DNA from: Myxococcales bacterium
GTDB taxonomy: Bacteria > Myxococcota > B64-G9
Reading direction: 5' to 3'
NCBI GenBank assembly: GCA_012798435.1
Contig: JAAZNF010000028.1
Span: 15,362 to 79,361 of the forward strand
Length of the DNA stretch: 64,000 nucleotides
In this document: positions 61,759 to 64,000 of the stretch, piece after piece
How the letters are laid out: each line of letters begins with the position of its first letter
How positions within the stretch are numbered: the stretch's first letter is position 1
Notes under the pieces: generated by a model
Seen by the model: the letters and a program-made list of their open reading frames with translations, nothing else
Database searches by the model: none
Told to the model about the DNA's origin: nothing
Translations under genes and position numbers: made by a program

Positions 61759-64000
61759 ATGAAAACCATGATAAATGCCACGCGAATTCTCCTTGGCTGC
61801 GCTCTTACGCTGCACTTCTGGGCAGGCTGTTCGAGCCACCATGCCGGCGGAGACGGCGGCGCGGACGGTTTCTCCGACGGCTCGGATGGCGGCGGGGACA
61901 AGAGCGACAGCGGCGGCGATCCGGGCCCCGGCCATTGCCCGCCCGACCCGCTGTGCGGCTCGGTGTGCTGCGCCGCGGACGAGCTTTGCCTGCACGACGT
62001 GTGCGTGAAGCAGGCGGCCACCTGTGTCACCGACGGCGAGTGCCAGGACGACAGCTACTGCGACGCGGGCCACTGCATCCCCTACGGCAGCGGCCCCCGG
62101 GGCGACACCAACCCCGATTGCACCCGGCTGGTGGTGGCCGGCCTGTTCCAGCCGGCGCTGCAGTGCGAATGGACCGGCCCGCCGGCGGGAGACCCCTACC
62201 CCGCCCACGTGCAGGTGCTGGGCACGCCGGTGGTGGTGGACTTCGACTTCGACAACGACCCGGAGACGGTGCGCCCCTCCATCGTCTTCAACACCTACGA
62301 CGGCCTGGACGGCGACTCCGGCTGCATCACCGAGCTCGACGGCGTGCTGCGCATCATCGACGGCGCCACCTGCCAGACCCAGTTCACCCTGGGGCCCTAC
62401 CTCAACGGCAGCAACCCGGTGGCCGTGGGAGACCTGGACAACGACGGCCGGCCGGAGATCGTGGCCCACCGCAACCTGGGCGGCACGCTGGCCTACCGCT
62501 ACGATGCCGGCAGCGGCGCCTGGGCCACCCTGTGGGAGGCGCACGACGCCGGGGGCAATCCGCTGGCCCCGGGCGAGGCCGCCACGCACTGGGGCGGTCC
62601 GAGCCTCCTCGACCTCGACGACGACGGGGTGCCGGAGGTTCTCTCCGGCGGCCTGGTGTACGACTCCCGGGGCCTGCTACTCGACGATGCGCTCGGGTTG
62701 GCGGGCGTGCACGCGGTGGGTTTCCCGGTGGCCGCCGATCTGGACGGCGACGGACGGGTGGAGCTGGCCAACGGAAACGGGATCTGGGAATGGGACGCCG
62801 CGGCACATGTCTGGAAGCTCGAACGGGCCTTCGGCGGCGCGCACGGTTACGTGGCGGTGGCCGACTTCGGCACGTACACCCCGGCCGGGGAGGATCGAAC
62901 CATGCTGGACGGCGTGCCGGAGATCGCGGTGGTGGAGAACGGACAAGCCCGCCTCGACGCGCTCGACGGGCGGACGGTCTTCGGGCCAGTGGCCATCCCT
63001 TCCAGCGCCGGCGGCGGGCCGCCCACCATCGGCGACTTCGATGGCGACGGTCGGGCGGAGCTGGCCGCCTCGGGCTCAGACTCCATGACCATCTTCGATC
63101 CCGACTGCCGGGGCGTCCCCCAGGCCGCCACCTGCCCCACCCTGCGCAGCGACGGCATCCTGTGGAGCCAGCCCTCCCAGGATCACTCCTCCAACATCAC
63201 CGGGAGCTCGCTGTTCGACTTCGAAGGGGACGGCAAGGTGGAGGCGGTGTACGCCGACGAGTGTTTCGTGCGCGTCTACCGCGGCTCGGACGGGACGGTG
63301 CTCTACTCCCAGTGGCGCAGCTCCTGCACCTGGAACGAGAACCCGGTGGTGGCCGACGTCGACGGCGACTACTCGGCGGAGCTGGTGGTCCCCTCCAACG
63401 AGAGCTGCGAGAACGTCGTGCCCTCCAGCCTGGGCGGCCGCTCCTACGACGTGAGCCCCGGCGGTCACCCCATGGATCCCCTGTTCGCCGGGCTGCCCTG
63501 CAAGGGAGACAGCGATTGTGCGCACTCCTGCCTCGAGGGCTTCTGCCGCTGCACCGCCGACGCGGACTGCGGCGGCGGAGGGTTCGTGTGCGCGCCGCCG
63601 CCGGCCGGCACCCCCGGCGCGGGCAATACCTGCCGGGCCGAGTGGCGCGGCAAGCTGCATGGCGTGCGAGTGTACCGCGACACGCTCGATCGCTGGGTGG
63701 GCTCGCGCCCCATCTGGAACCAGCACGCCTACGCCGTCACCAACGTGGAGGACGACGGGCGCATTCCACGCACCTCCACGGCCCGCAAGAACTGGCAAGT
63801 CCCCGGCCTCAACAACTTCCGCCAGAACGTGCAGGGAGATCTCAACCCCGAGCACATCCCCGACCTCACCTCCGGCCGTGGCGACTTCGACCCGGGCTGT
63901 GTCGGCAGCTCGCTTTCGCTTCACGCCCGGGTGTGCAACCGCGGCACGAACCCCATCGCCGCCGGGGTCAGCGTCGGCTTCTACCTCGGCGACCCCGCCG
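61759..64000 (+). CDS. Secreted lipoprotein with FG-GAP (integrin-alpha-like beta-propeller) repeats and Cys-rich modules; 3' end beyond window; not in supplied ORF track
   Basis: RBS GGAGGA 6 nt before ATG 61759. Signal MKTMINATRILLGCALTLHFWAGCSS. FG-GAP signatures GDLDNDGRPEIV, DLDGDGRVELA, GDFDGDGRAELA, FDFEGDGKVEAV, ADVDGDYSAELV. Open to the window end. The other two + frames here are Arg- or Ala/Thr-rich junk. Confidence 0.7.
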   Translation, partial: MKTMINATRILLGCALTLHFWAGCSSHHAGGDGGADGFSDGSDGGGDKSDSGGDPGPGHCPPDPLCGSVCCAADELCLHDVCVKQAATCVTDGECQDDSYCDAGHCIPYGSGPRGDTNPDCTRLVVAGLFQPALQCEWTGPPAGDPYPAHVQVLGTPVVVDFDFDNDPETVRPSIVFNTYDGLDGDSGCITELDGVLRIIDGATCQTQFTLGPYLNGSNPVAVGDLDNDGRPEIVAHRNLGGTLAYRYDAGSGAWATLWEAHDAGGNPLAPGEAATHWGGPSLLDLDDDGVPEVLSGGLVYDSRGLLLDDALGLAGVHAVGFPVAADLDGDGRVELANGNGIWEWDAAAHVWKLERAFGGAHGYVAVADFGTYTPAGEDRTMLDGVPEIAVVENGQARLDALDGRTVFGPVAIPSSAGGGPPTIGDFDGDGRAELAASGSDSMTIFDPDCRGVPQAATCPTLRSDGILWSQPSQDHSSNITGSSLFDFEGDGKVEAVYADECFVRVYRGSDGTVLYSQWRSSCTWNENPVVADVDGDYSAELVVPSNESCENVVPSSLGGRSYDVSPGGHPMDPLFAGLPCKGDSDCAHSCLEGFCRCTADADCGGGGFVCAPPPAGTPGAGNTCRAEWRGKLHGVRVYRDTLDRWVGSRPIWNQHAYAVTNVEDDGRIPRTSTARKNWQVPGLNNFRQNVQGDLNPEHIPDLTSGRGDFDPGCVGSSLSLHARVCNRGTNPIAAGVSVGFYLGDPA

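Noticed and set aside
61775-63088. Track ORFs 61775..62008 and 62024..63088 (+)
   Set aside because: These are wrong frames (Ala/Thr/Arg-rich) of the real FG-GAP lipoprotein gene starting at 61759.
1-64000. CRISPR arrays, IS elements, integrases, phage genes
   Set aside because: I searched by eye for regularly spaced direct repeats and for transposase or integrase-like translations and found none. The only compositional anomaly is the 57100..58050 low-GC islet.

Overview
The window is high-GC (about 70%) chromosomal DNA. Two proteins end in a MYXO-CTERM-type sorting signal (Gly/Cys box, hydrophobic stretch, Arg/Lys-rich end), which points to a Myxococcota genome; this is an inference from the sequence alone. 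Many secreted Cys-rich repeat proteins, PEGA-domain Ser/Thr kinases and TPR proteins fit that picture. I could support 43 protein-coding genes, one tRNA-Leu(CAG) with an intrinsic terminator, and several coding tandem repeats. Roughly half of the ORFs in the supplied track are antisense or wrong-frame artefacts of GC-rich DNA (Arg/Gly/Pro-rich, low complexity). Many real starts lie inside longer track ORFs; I re-positioned them using signal peptides, RBS-like GGAGG motifs and ATGA/GTGA overlap coupling. One long real gene at the 3' edge (61759 onward, FG-GAP/Cys-rich lipoprotein) is absent from the track.

Housekeeping content: acyl-CoA dehydrogenase C-terminus, hisS, maf, a SpoU/TrmH methyltransferase, a HelD-like plus UvrD helicase pair, and a FAD-linked oxidase.

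Most notable accessory content:
- A radical-SAM (AmrS-like) enzyme with a twin-arginine-like N-terminal extension, translationally coupled between a Tat-signal DUF362-like protein and a lipoprotein amidohydrolase, with no AMMECR1 or Memo partners.
- A 1630-aa repetitive polytopic membrane lipoprotein with HEAT-like repeats, co-operonic with a GAF hybrid histidine kinase.
- A translationally coupled STK / LysM / HK / STK / (HExxH protease + beta-propeller + beta-barrel) signalling operon.
- A giant S8 protease with Cys-rich repeats and a MYXO-CTERM.
- A roughly 0.9-kb low-GC islet encoding a lipoprotein next to a MORN/YwqK-like protein with a poly-acidic Cys tail.
- A FAD-oxidase / SCP2 / membrane trio reminiscent of ether-lipid (alkyl-DHAP synthase-like) biosynthesis.
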